This document shows positions 1 through 11,426 of a DNA stretch of 64,000 nt, piece by piece. This DNA is from a bacterium (GTDB taxonomy: Bacteria > UBA8248). The notes beneath the pieces were generated by a model. It did no database searches. It was not told the origin of the DNA and was given only the letters and a program-made list of their open reading frames with translations. Location: contig OY843592.1 in assembly GCA_963692865.2 (NCBI GenBank), forward strand, positions 1,536,001-1,600,000, given 5' to 3'. Position numbers and translations under genes: made by a program. Position 1 is the stretch's first letter. Every line of letters starts with the position of its first letter.

Positions 1-1596
1 AAAACCGCGTCGGACGCCGCGAAAGCCGAGTATGATAAAGCTATGGCGGCAGACGTCACCGTCGCGGACGCCGAGGCGGCGCGGGACGAGGCGAAGAAAC
101 AAAACGGCATAGCCCAAGCGAACGACACGGGCGCCGGCGGCGCGGGTCCGCAGTATATGGCCGCGAAGGCCGCGGCGGACATGGCGGCGAAGGCGGCCAA
201 CACCCACGTCCTCGGGTTGTTCAAGATAGCGAACGCTTATCACATCGTGACGGCGGCCGATCCGGACGCCAACACGGATGACACGGAAGCCGGACTCATC
301 GCGAAGAACAAGGCTGCCCACGTGGACGCGGTGAGTTCCGCCATCGCCACGGCGGCAGCGGACGCGGACAACAGTCAGGGAACCACCAGCGTCACGGATC
401 ACAATACCGGCGGCGGGGCCTTTGACTCTACCGACGATACGGGAACCAGGTGGCCCTACAACGCCGACAACGACGCCACGAACGGTAGTGGCGACGGCAA
501 GATCACGGTCGTGGTAGATATCAATAACACGTCTTACACGACAACGCGGGACGACCCGAGCACCAAAGATACTGACGAAACCAACTTCACTTCAGAGGCG
601 GGTCTCGGCAGCTTCAACCACGGGTTCGAGATATCTCACGATACCGTCGAGCAAGGTGATGATAACACGAAGGTTGACGTGGGTGATACAAAGACCCGCA
701 TCCTCGTGTTCACGGACAAGAAACAGGGCAGCGCGAGGAAAGCCTCGGTTAACGTATCTATCAATAATCGCCCGGCTGTGGCCGGCCGGATACAGATAGG
801 TGCTACCGACACTGATTTAAGCAACGCTACTTACGACCACGACGGAGACGGGAAGAATTACCTCAGTGGCGCCACTTTCGCATGCCCAACCGGAACTGAT
901 TGCGACTATACAATTAGTGCTGGCAAGGTAACCACTATGACCGGTTACCGTGTCACCGTATCGGGCGTGATACCAGCGGTGAACCCCACGGAAGACCTGA
1001 GCTACCTTGCCTTCGGGATCTGGCTGCAGGAAACGCTGACGGCAGCCAACACCCCGAATACCTACCAATTCGGCGCCTTCGCCGACGGTGGGTCCGCGGT
1101 AACTGCAACTCTGGCGGGGGTTACAGGTGATGCGACCTACACGGGCAAGGCGGCGGGCGTCTACACCAACGGCGCCAAAGTCGATTACTTCGAGGGCGAC
1201 GCTAAGCTCACGGCCGACTTCGACGATTCGACCATCACCGGGATGATCAACAACATCGTGGCGGGCGGCGTGTCCATGACCGACGTCATCAACCTGAACG
1301 ACGATGGGACTCCTGCTGACGGCAACATTGGAAACGGCACCTTCAACGGAGACGCCCGGATGGGCACCGGCACGACGAAGGACAACGTCACGACGTATAC
1401 CTACAACGGCACCTGGAGCGGCCAATTCTACAATCCGGCCGATGAAGACGACGGCAATAATGCCATCAACAAGGCGCCCGGCTCCGCCGCCGGCACCTTC
1501 GGCGTTACCGGAACGGACAAAATGGGGACGCCGGACGACTCCAAGGACGACGTCACCACGAGTTACGTGGGCGCGTTCGGCGCGCACAAGCAGTAG
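1..1596 (+). CDS. TbpB-like (transferrin-binding-protein-like) surface protein, 5'-partial
   Basis: Frame is open from base 1. Ala-rich N-terminal stalk, then C-terminal beta-barrel motifs YLAFGIW, ATYTGKAAG, GTWSGQFY, AAGTFGV and terminal VGAFGAHKQ, typical of TbpB C-lobe/Slam-substrate barrels. Confidence 0.7.
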   Translation, partial: KTASDAAKAEYDKAMAADVTVADAEAARDEAKKQNGIAQANDTGAGGAGPQYMAAKAAADMAAKAANTHVLGLFKIANAYHIVTAADPDANTDDTEAGLIAKNKAAHVDAVSSAIATAAADADNSQGTTSVTDHNTGGGAFDSTDDTGTRWPYNADNDATNGSGDGKITVVVDINNTSYTTTRDDPSTKDTDETNFTSEAGLGSFNHGFEISHDTVEQGDDNTKVDVGDTKTRILVFTDKKQGSARKASVNVSINNRPAVAGRIQIGATDTDLSNATYDHDGDGKNYLSGATFACPTGTDCDYTISAGKVTTMTGYRVTVSGVIPAVNPTEDLSYLAFGIWLQETLTAANTPNTYQFGAFADGGSAVTATLAGVTGDATYTGKAAGVYTNGAKVDYFEGDAKLTADFDDSTITGMINNIVAGGVSMTDVINLNDDGTPADGNIGNGTFNGDARMGTGTTKDNVTTYTYNGTWSGQFYNPADEDDGNNAINKAPGSAAGTFGVTGTDKMGTPDDSKDDVTTSYVGAFGAHKQ

Positions 1597-1608
1597 AACG
1601 AAACGCGA

Positions 1609-1647
1609 CGCCTTCGGCCTCGGGCTTTGCGGCCCGGGGCCGGGGCG
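1609..1647 (+). terminator. GC-rich hairpin after the TbpB-like gene
   Basis: cgccttcggcctcgggc/gcccggggccggggcg stem 12 bp after the stop codon; weak U-tract. Confidence 0.45.
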
Positions 1648-1657
1648 GTTGAAGGAG

Positions 1658-1780
1658 AGCGAAAAGGGGGTTGCCCGTTGGTTGCTTCCCTCGTGATAAG
1701 CAAACTGTACCGCTCCCTGCTTATGAGTTTGAGTCCTCCGAGGAGGGAGCGGGAACAACCGGGCAGCCCCCGTTTTCGCT
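1658..1780 (+). ncRNA. Candidate structured RNA/DNA element of unknown class
   Basis: About 30-bp imperfect outer stem (1658-1690 with 1751-1780) enclosing several alternative inner helices. Confidence 0.4.
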
Positions 1781-2115
1781 TCATGCAATCAGGCCGACGC
1801 GCCGGATGCGAACAAGGCGGGCGCCGGCTCCGAAAACGGCGAGACCCGGGACCCCCTGACGGACGACCCGGCGGCGAGGCGGCCGCCGCGGCGGGGCGAA
1901 ACGCGCCGTTTAAGGACGCGAGGGCGGCGCTCGCCGCCCCGGAAGACGCAGCGAGCGGCGGCGGGAGGCCATGACCCGCTTCACGCAACCAGGCCGACGC
2001 CCCGGTTCGGCCCGGCCCGGTTTCGCCTCAGGGGTTGCGCCGCGCAATTCCCGCCTTCAGCCGGCCGTCGAGGGGCGCCCCGGCCCTTTTGCTTCGCAGA
2101 ACCCGGCCCCTTCAA

Positions 2116-3013
2116 GCGGTTGTTGAAAACCCCTCCTTGCCCGGTCGATTCCTCCCTCATCGCTCGGAACCGGCCACCGCCGTCATTGCCGTTTCGATTG
2201 TAGGGGCTGTTGTAGGTCAGACATATATGTCTGACATATCATGCGGCCCTGTTTTTTCGCCGCGCCCGGACGCGGGCCGCATACTATGCGGCCCCTACAG
2301 TCGTCAATCGAGGGGCGCGCAGGAACCGCGCACGGGGCCGCCGAACCTCCCCCGCCGGTCGGTCAGGACCCCGCCGCAGGCCGGACATATAGGTCCGGCA
2401 TACCATGCGGCCCTGATTTTTCGCCGTCCGAACGCGGGCCGCATGGTATGCGGCCCCTGCGGAAAGCAACCCTCGAGGGGCTGTTGGAAAAGTCCCTCGA
2501 TGCGGGAAAACCACCGTCATTCCGGCCTTGAGCCGGAATCCATTTTATGATTTTCGCTTTCGTTTTCGCATTTGATTCCGACTCGCTGGTGGGAGCGCCG
2601 CGCCCGGATCCGGAACGGATGAGGCGGATATATATGGGGCGTCCGTATCTTCCCCGTCCGGGAGCGAGGACGTCCGGTCGAAGGGCCAAAGACAAAGGCG
2701 AAAATGGATTCCGGCTCAAGGCCGGAATGACGATCAAAACCGTCGAACCCTCCCCGCAGGCCGGACATATATGTCCGACGTACCATGCGGCCCTGATTTT
2801 TCGCCGCCCGAACGCGGGCCGCATGATATGCGGCCCCTACGGGTGAAAGCCCGACCGGCGCGGGAGGGAATCCCGATCACCGAATTGCCCGCCGTCATTC
2901 CGGCGGCATTGGCGTTTCTGTTGTATGTCGGACATATACGTCTGACCCTGCGTTCCGAATGCGGGACGATGGCGCGCGGCGCCCGCTCCCGGGCCGGGTT
3001 TATCAACAACCCC
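2116..3013. repeat. Composite REP/MITE-like cluster
   Basis: gttgttgaaaa (about 2118) and tttatcaacaacccc (about 2999) ends; GTAG-tagged palindromes; 89-bp direct repeats 2374-2462 and 2754-2842; CGTC-type inverted pair 2515-2732. Confidence 0.85.
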
Positions 3014-3020
3014 TGGAGGC

Positions 3021-3185
3021 TCAGCCCTTCACCGCGCCGGCCGTCATGCCGGCGATGATCTGCCGCGCGGAGAAGAAGGTGAAGATCAGCGGTGGTATGA
3101 CGATGAGCGTGCCCATGGCCATGATGCGCCCCCATTCGGGGCCCGCGTCCGTGAGGAACAGGCTGGTGGCGGCCGGCGCGCGCAT
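3021..3185 (-). pseudogene. 3' fragment of carbohydrate ABC transporter permease (MalG-type)
   Basis: Translates MRAPAATSLFLTDAGPEWGRIMAMGTLIVIPPLIFTFFSARQIIAGMTAGAVKG*, a canonical CUT1 permease C-terminus. No N-terminal part or partner genes nearby. Confidence 0.8.
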
Positions 3186-3278
3186 TTCCCCGCAACTGCG
3201 ATGGCGTCAGAAGGGAAGAGCGCGCGTATGATGGCGGCGCCGGGCGGTTCGTTCGGGGGATGGGGAATTCCTGAAAAA

Positions 3279-3319
3279 TTGGATAAAATTGTATAAATTC
3301 AGGGGGTTTTTCGATAAAT
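3279..3319 (+). repeat. 41-bp AT-rich dispersed repeat, copy A
   Basis: 37/41 identical to the reverse complement of 10793-10833. Confidence 0.8.
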
Positions 3320-3556
3320 AGATGGCAAATTGTTTTGGGGGATACGGCGCCGCGGAATCCGGGCGCAGGGGGATTGTGGCGCGATCCGCCTCCCGCGCGA
3401 TGACGGCAAATGCGCGGAATTGCGGGGAATTGCGCCCCCGCCCGGGGCGCGCGCCCGGCGCGTCGAGAGGGCGTTCTCCCGGTCATGAACGCCGCGAGCG
3501 GCTCTCATCCCGCGCGCCGCGCCTGGGGGCGTTACGCCGTAAGGAATTGATATCGC

Positions 3557-4333
<777 letters not shown>

Positions 4334-4567
4334 TTCGTCGAACTCCTTTCGCGTTGCGTATACGGGGTTCTCCATTGCGAGGAGAAGTATGGAAACTCTG
4401 ATTCGGCGAGAAGATAGCTTATGGGACGGCGTTCGTCATCCGGTGATGCGACGGGAGGGATGATTGTAAAGAATTTCAGAAAATTTCCCGCGCCGGATTC
4501 TTTCCGTTCTACATGACAGGCGGATAAGTGAAAAAGAATCAGCAAGCTGAGTGAAAAGAATTTATTG

Positions 4568-4594
4568 TTAGCAGCCGGACGACCTGAGTGCTAA
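4568..4594 (+). promoter_or_regulatory. CIRCE element (HrcA operator)
   Basis: TTAGCAgcC-N9-GAGTGCTAA versus consensus TTAGCACTC-N9-GAGTGCTAA, upstream of groES. Confidence 0.85.
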
Positions 4595-4600
4595 TGGCGC

Positions 4601-4629
4601 TTGACAAACATTCACATTTTCCATATACA
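4601..4629 (+). promoter_or_regulatory. sigma70-type promoter of groESL
   Basis: TTGACA-N17-TATACA. Confidence 0.65.
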
Positions 4630-4745
4630 GACTCGCGCAGAAACATAGGGCCTCGTCTTCGGATAGCGCTTTCCCCCGAAGACGGCCCCGCAGTTCCAAA
4701 TATTTGTTTCCAATCGCAACAATTGCAATCCACAAGGAGGAAGTG

Positions 4746-5048
4746 ATGGCAAAGGTCAAAACCAGGATACAGCCTCTTCAGGACCGCATTTTGGTGAAAC
4801 GCCTGGATGCGGAAGAGGAGCAGATCGGCGGGATCATCATCCCTGATTCCGCGAAAGAGAAGCCCCAGGAAGGGGAAGTGATCGCCGTAGGCCCCGGCAA
4901 GGTGACGGATGACGGGAAGAGGCAGGCGCCCGAGGTGGGCGAGGGCGACAAAATTCTTTTCGCCAAGTATGCGGGCACGGAAGTCAAGTCCGACGGCGAA
5001 GAATATCTGATCATGCGCGAAGACGACGTGCTGGCGGTCATCAACTAG
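4746..5048 (+). CDS. groES: Co-chaperonin GroES
   Basis: [36 protein letters not shown]; AGGAGG RBS before ATG 4746. Confidence 0.98.
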   Translation: MAKVKTRIQPLQDRILVKRLDAEEEQIGGIIIPDSAKEKPQEGEVIAVGPGKVTDDGKRQAPEVGEGDKILFAKYAGTEVKSDGEEYLIMREDDVLAVIN

Positions 5049-6719
<1,671 letters not shown>

Positions 6720-6737
6720 GCATTTGCCTGGTGCTCA

Positions 6738-6767
6738 AGGGGGCCTCTCCGAGGCCCCCTTTTTTTG
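6738..6767 (+). terminator. Rho-independent terminator after groEL
   Basis: gggggcctc-tcc-gaggccccc followed by a T-run. Confidence 0.85.
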
Positions 6768-6908
6768 TGAAGATTCTCAAATGGATGTCTTGAAGAGGAG
6801 CAACTCGTCTCATAAGATGAAGCGTGGGGAGTGTTCGACGACTCGTTCCGACGATTCGCCTGCCGGCGCGTATTCAGCCGGTCGCGGAGATCGAATGGAG
6901 GGGAGCAT

Positions 6909-8168
6909 ATGAGGAAAAATGAGTCGAAAAGGCTCCCTCTCATCCTCTTCCTGATATCGTTATCGCTGCACCTGTTCGTCTTCGCGGCCTCGAGCCATGA
7001 ATACGTTTGGAGAAAATCGGCCCGGACGAATCGACCCATCAAGTTTCAGTTGGTATCCGTCGAAAAACCCGAGCAAAAACTTCTCCCGAACCCCCGAAGC
7101 CGGTTTTTATCCAATGCCAACCGAAAAGAAAGTGGCTCCGGCAAACCCGGCAAGACCCCGCGCCTAAAGCGCGAATCTAAAGACCAGATTCCATCTCGTA
7201 GAGGTAGGCTCGGCCCTGAGATTGCGCCTTTAGCGCCGGTTCCAAAACCGAAGGGCCAAGTTCCAGCCCTCCCGCCGGCGAGTCCAAAACCCCCGGCAGT
7301 CGTAACGCCAAAACCTGAGCTTAGAAAGGCGGAAAAACCGAAGGAAAGGAAATCTCCCGCAACTTCGGAGATAACGGAAACGCCCCGGCCGACGGAGACG
7401 GCGAGCCTGGCGCCGGCGCCAAAGCCTTCGGTCAGGGCCCCGTCGCCCGCGATTCCCCAAAAGGCGCAACCGAAGGCAAAGCCGCCGGCGGATAAAAAGC
7501 CGGAGAGAGAAAAAATAGAGGCCGAAGCGATTCCGAAGATAAAGCGCAAGCCCAAACCGGTGGTCAGGAAGAAAACGGAAAAAGTGGTCGTAAAGAAAAA
7601 GCCCCGAGAGAAGAACAGGAAAGCCGAGGCGAAGAAAAAGACGAAGGAGAGGGTTGAACTGGCCGCGTTGAAACCGGTTTCTCGACCCGTCCGACCGCGC
7701 CGTCCAGTTCCGAAACAGCCACAACCGAAAGACCCTTTGGCGCTGTTTCGAGTGAAGCCCCGGCCCGAAAGTAAACCCGAGCGCCCCAAATTCGGGCTCT
7801 CGGACGAGGCGGCGGACAGAATCGCGAAAAGAAGTTTGCCGGATGAAGATCTGAAAAAAGAAGAAGGCGATGCCATTTCGCTCGACACGCGCGATTTTCG
7901 GTACGCCTCTTATTTCGCCCATATCAAGAGGCGAATCCAGAACGCCTGGATTTGGCCTGTGGAGGCGCAGAAAAACAGGGGCGAACTGTTGTTGCGCTTT
8001 AAGCTGAGAAAAAACGGAACTTTGGAGGAAGTGCGTCTGGTCAGGTCCGCAGGGGTTCGAATTCTCGATGATCTGGCGATGGCCGCCGTCACCAAGGCGG
8101 CGCCGTTCGAGCCGTTTCCGGCAGGTCTTGAACGCAAGCCGATTACCGCCACTTTCGTGTATGAGTGA
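6909..8168 (+). CDS. TonB/TolA-family energy transducer
   Basis: N-terminal TM with SLSLH motif, long Pro/Lys-rich linker, TonB_C domain (YFAHIKRRIQNAW...LDDLAMAAVTKAAPFEPFP). Confidence 0.85.
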   Translation: MRKNESKRLPLILFLISLSLHLFVFAASSHEYVWRKSARTNRPIKFQLVSVEKPEQKLLPNPRSRFLSNANRKESGSGKPGKTPRLKRESKDQIPSRRGRLGPEIAPLAPVPKPKGQVPALPPASPKPPAVVTPKPELRKAEKPKERKSPATSEITETPRPTETASLAPAPKPSVRAPSPAIPQKAQPKAKPPADKKPEREKIEAEAIPKIKRKPKPVVRKKTEKVVVKKKPREKNRKAEAKKKTKERVELAALKPVSRPVRPRRPVPKQPQPKDPLALFRVKPRPESKPERPKFGLSDEAADRIAKRSLPDEDLKKEEGDAISLDTRDFRYASYFAHIKRRIQNAWIWPVEAQKNRGELLLRFKLRKNGTLEEVRLVRSAGVRILDDLAMAAVTKAAPFEPFPAGLERKPITATFVYE

Positions 8169-8209
8169 GCCGGGGGCATCGTTTCCGAATTTTGGGGCGA
8201 TCTGTTTGG

Positions 8210-8238
8210 TTGACACCCGCAAGTGCTGATTTTAGGAT
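8210..8238 (+). promoter_or_regulatory. sigma70 promoter for the DtxR-family gene
   Basis: TTGACA-N17-TAGGAT. Confidence 0.65.
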
Positions 8239-8278
8239 GATTTTTTCTGCGATTCACTGCGAATCAGAGGACTGCCCT

Positions 8279-8950
8279 TTGCCCGAATCATCGCCGCGGT
8301 TGAGCAAACAGATCGAAGATTATTTGAAGAACATCTTCAAGCTTCAACAGGAATCGTCTCCCGTGGCGACGAGCGCGATTGCGGAGTGCATGGAAATCTC
8401 GGCGGCGTCGGTGACGAGCATGGTCAAGAAGCTCGATCACCAGGGACTGCTCACATATACGCCGTATAAGGGGGTCGTCTTAAGCCCAAGGGGAGAGAAG
8501 GTCGCCCTGGAGATTATCAGGCACCACCGGTTGCTCGAATTGTATCTCAACCAAAAGATGGGAATCGAGTGGGACAAGGTGGATGTCGAGGCCGAGGAAT
8601 TGGAGCACGTCTTGAGCGAGGAGCTGGAAGCCGTTTTGGACAAGGAACTCGGTTACCCCACCCTCGATCCCCACGGGGATCCGATTCCCGCAAAAGACGG
8701 CACCATGGTTGACACGAAGGAAATTGGCCTCCTCTCGCTCGAGGCGGGGCGGGCCACGAAGATCACCCGCGTATTGCAGGACGATCCGAACATATTGCGC
8801 TACCTGGGCGAGCTTGGCTTTTTCCCCGAAATGCCCATCGAGGTCATCGAGCAATCGCCTCTCGCCGGCACGGTAACGCTGCTCGTAAACGGAACCAGAC
8901 ATACCTTGGGCCGCGATATCGCCTCTCGAATTTTCGCGCTGAATGAATAA
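8279..8950 (+). CDS. DtxR/MntR family metal-dependent transcriptional regulator
   Basis: EDYLKNIFKL, RHHRLLELYL, EAEELEH, DPHGDPIP and FeoA-like C-terminus. Start moved to TTG 8279, downstream of the promoter. Confidence 0.92.
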   Translation: MPESSPRLSKQIEDYLKNIFKLQQESSPVATSAIAECMEISAASVTSMVKKLDHQGLLTYTPYKGVVLSPRGEKVALEIIRHHRLLELYLNQKMGIEWDKVDVEAEELEHVLSEELEAVLDKELGYPTLDPHGDPIPAKDGTMVDTKEIGLLSLEAGRATKITRVLQDDPNILRYLGELGFFPEMPIEVIEQSPLAGTVTLLVNGTRHTLGRDIASRIFALNE

Positions 8951-8995
8951 AACCATCATCGCTGCGTTCTTGACGCAATTTCATTAGGAGAAGAC

Positions 8996-9559
8996 ATGCC
9001 CGCCAGGAAAAGGACCACCAGGGAAAAGACCGCCAAACAGGATTTCGACCACCGCTTCCGCGCCACCTACGACAAGGACGTCGAGTGGCAGGAAGACGTG
9101 AGCAACGAACTGCTGACCCTGCCGCCGGGGGTGAAGGTGAAGATTTTCGCCCATGATCCGGTGATGAAGCGGATCGACATGAAGGTGAAGTTCCCGAAAG
9201 GCTACGTGGAGCCTCGCCACACGCACAAGAGCTGGCATTCCATTCTGGTGACCCGGGGCAGGATGTGCGTGGCGGGCAAGGACTTGAGGCCGGGCGATTA
9301 CGTTTTCGGATGGGACTTGCCGCACGGCCCGTATGAATACCCCGACGGCTGCGAGGTTTTCGTCGTCTTCATGGGCGAGGGCACGCAGCACGTCTGGGAG
9401 GAAGAAAAGCACCTCAAGCACAAACTGAAATGGGAGGCGAGGTCGGCCGCGGGCAAAAAAGCCGTAGCCAAAGGCGACACGGCGAGGAAGGAAGCCTTGG
9501 CCGAAAAAAGAGCGGACGCGAGGTCCGCGGCGAAGAGAAAGACGCGCCGCTCGGGATGA
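8996..9559 (+). CDS. Cupin-domain protein (ChrR-like) with basic C-terminal tail
   Basis: EPRHTH, GDYVFG, HGPY cupin motifs; AGGAG RBS. Confidence 0.7.
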   Translation: MPARKRTTREKTAKQDFDHRFRATYDKDVEWQEDVSNELLTLPPGVKVKIFAHDPVMKRIDMKVKFPKGYVEPRHTHKSWHSILVTRGRMCVAGKDLRPGDYVFGWDLPHGPYEYPDGCEVFVVFMGEGTQHVWEEEKHLKHKLKWEARSAAGKKAVAKGDTARKEALAEKRADARSAAKRKTRRSG

Positions 9560-9563
9560 GACG

Positions 9564-10583
9564 ATGACGCCGCAGCGAATCGCCGTCATCGGCGCCGGCG
9601 CCTGGGGGACGGCGTTGGCGGATTTGTTCTCCGGTACCGGCCACGAGGTGATGCTCTGGGTTTTCGAGGCCGACCTTTGCGCCCGCATGGCGTCGGATCG
9701 CGAGAACGACTTGTATCTGCCCGGCGTCGCCCTGCACGAGAATTTGCGCTTCACCTCCGATCTGGCCGAAGCCGCCTCGGCGGGCCAGGACGTTCTCGTG
9801 AGCGTGATGCCGAGCCACGTCGTCCGGGCGGTGTGGACGAAGCTCGCGCCCTCGGTTCACGAGGAAACGCTCATCGCGAGCGCCACGAAGGGCGTGGAGG
9901 AGAAGACCCTCCTCCTGCCCACCCGGATTATCTCCGAATGCATCGGCGAGGCGGGCGGCGCCGAGCGCGCCCTCGCCTGCCTCTCGGGACCGACGTTCGC
10001 CCGCGAGCTCGCGGAGAGAAAACCCACGGCCATCACGGCGGCGTCGGACGATTCCGGGGCGGCGAAGGCGATTCAGGAGGCGCTCTCGGCGCCTGGTTTC
10101 AGGATATACACGGGCGCCGACCCGGTCGGCGTCCAGCTCGGCGGGGCGCTCAAGAACGTCATCGCCTTGGCGGCGGGTATCGCGGACGGGATGGAGCTCG
10201 GCTACAACGCGCGGGCGGCGCTCATCGTGCGCGGTCTGGCGGAAATCGCTCGACTCGGCGCCGCGATGGGCGGCCGGGCGGAGACGTTCGCGGGCCTGGC
10301 CGGAATGGGCGATCTGGTGCTGACGTGCACGGGCGACCTGAGCCGGAACAGGACGGTGGGCGTGCGGTTGGGCAGGGGAGAGCCTCTCCGGAAGATACTC
10401 GAATCCATGACGGCGGTGGCCGAGGGCGTATCCACCACGCCGGCGGCGGTGGGACTCGCGGATGAGCACGGCGTGGAGATGCCCATATGCCGCGAGGTGC
10501 ACGCCGTGTTGTTCGAGGGACGCAATCCCGAAGACGCCGTGCGCGACCTCATGGCGCGTCCGCTCAAGGCCGAACTTCCCTAG
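9564..10583 (+). CDS. gpsA: NAD(P)H-dependent glycerol-3-phosphate dehydrogenase
   Basis: GAGAWGTALA, GGALKNVIA, GDLVLTCTGDLSRNR. Confidence 0.97.
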   Translation: MTPQRIAVIGAGAWGTALADLFSGTGHEVMLWVFEADLCARMASDRENDLYLPGVALHENLRFTSDLAEAASAGQDVLVSVMPSHVVRAVWTKLAPSVHEETLIASATKGVEEKTLLLPTRIISECIGEAGGAERALACLSGPTFARELAERKPTAITAASDDSGAAKAIQEALSAPGFRIYTGADPVGVQLGGALKNVIALAAGIADGMELGYNARAALIVRGLAEIARLGAAMGGRAETFAGLAGMGDLVLTCTGDLSRNRTVGVRLGRGEPLRKILESMTAVAEGVSTTPAAVGLADEHGVEMPICREVHAVLFEGRNPEDAVRDLMARPLKAELP

Positions 10584-10792
10584 GGGGTCAAACGCGAGTG
10601 AGGAGCGAGCGTTTGCAGACCGAGGAGAGGGGGTGCCGGCGTGATGCGATGCGAGAGGAAATGCGGGCGGTTGCGGGGAAATGCGCGGTCGGCGAAAAAC
10701 TTTTTTTGCCGCCGTATCTGAGTGCCGGACGCTAAGATTTATATGACAACCCTTTTGATTACAACCACTTGCAAGAGATAAAATTTTCAGGA

Positions 10793-10833
10793 ATTTATCC
10801 AAAAACCCCGTGAATTTATACAAATTTATACAA
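10793..10833 (-). repeat. 41-bp AT-rich dispersed repeat, copy B
   Basis: Inverted copy of 3279-3319; contains ttatccaaa and two ttatacaaa. Confidence 0.8.
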
Positions 10834-10835
10834 AA

Positions 10836-10854
10836 TATCATTATTATCATTATC
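10836..10854. promoter_or_regulatory. Fur-box-like site
   Basis: TATCATTATTATCATTATC matches GATAATGATTATCATTATC at 16/19 positions. Confidence 0.5.
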
Positions 10855-11175
10855 AACCGTTTCCCTGTACCCACCGGCGTCGCCCCTCCGGCTGCGGCGG
10901 TCAAACCTTGGCAAAGAGCAAGAATCCATTCCAACCGAAGAAGCAGGAATTGACAGCCCGATGACGGGAGATTTCCGGGCCAAGTAAAAAGATTTGCCGT
11001 TTTCACTCCCGCCGCACCACTGAATCCCATGAGAAACCTCCGCTCTTTCCGTTCAATTCCAGACGATACGGGAAACCGCTTTCCCGCGCCGCGCGCACGA
11101 TACCGCAGGGCGGGATTTCGGGGGGAAGAGGAATTGCGGGGAAATGCGTGGGTGAGGCTGTATGGCGACGGGAAA

Positions 11176-11324
11176 CACTCCCCCCTTGAGGGGGAGTCAA
11201 CGAGGCAAGGGCGAAGCCCGCAGGCGAGTTGGTGGGGGGACATGCCACAGAAAAAGCTCCCCCCACCGAATCGGCCTTCGCACAAACCGCTCGGCCTCTT
11301 CGACTCCCCCTCAAGGGGGGAGTG
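11176..11324. repeat. 149-bp element with palindromic ends (cactccccccttgagggggagtc...gactccccctcaaggggggagtg)
   Basis: Same length and same ends as 25852-26000. Confidence 0.85.
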
Positions 11325-11426
11325 ATTTCACCAACGATTGGGCAGGAATTTTGCTCTTGTAGAGGTGTCGAATTTCCCCGAGGAGGGGAAGTTCGAGCGT
11401 GGCCGCCCGCGCTTCTTCGAGATTCC

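Noticed and set aside
1658-1780. Retron msr-msd, tRNA-Sec, or a known riboswitch
   Set aside because: No reverse transcriptase in the window, no cloverleaf or UCA anticodon, no downstream gene and no consensus motif I recognise.
2116-3013. Repeat clusters as CRISPR arrays
   Set aside because: No regular repeat-spacer period; units are heterogeneous palindromes; no cas genes.
6781-6912. Small ORF upstream of the TonB-like gene
   Set aside because: No RBS, motif or paralog support.
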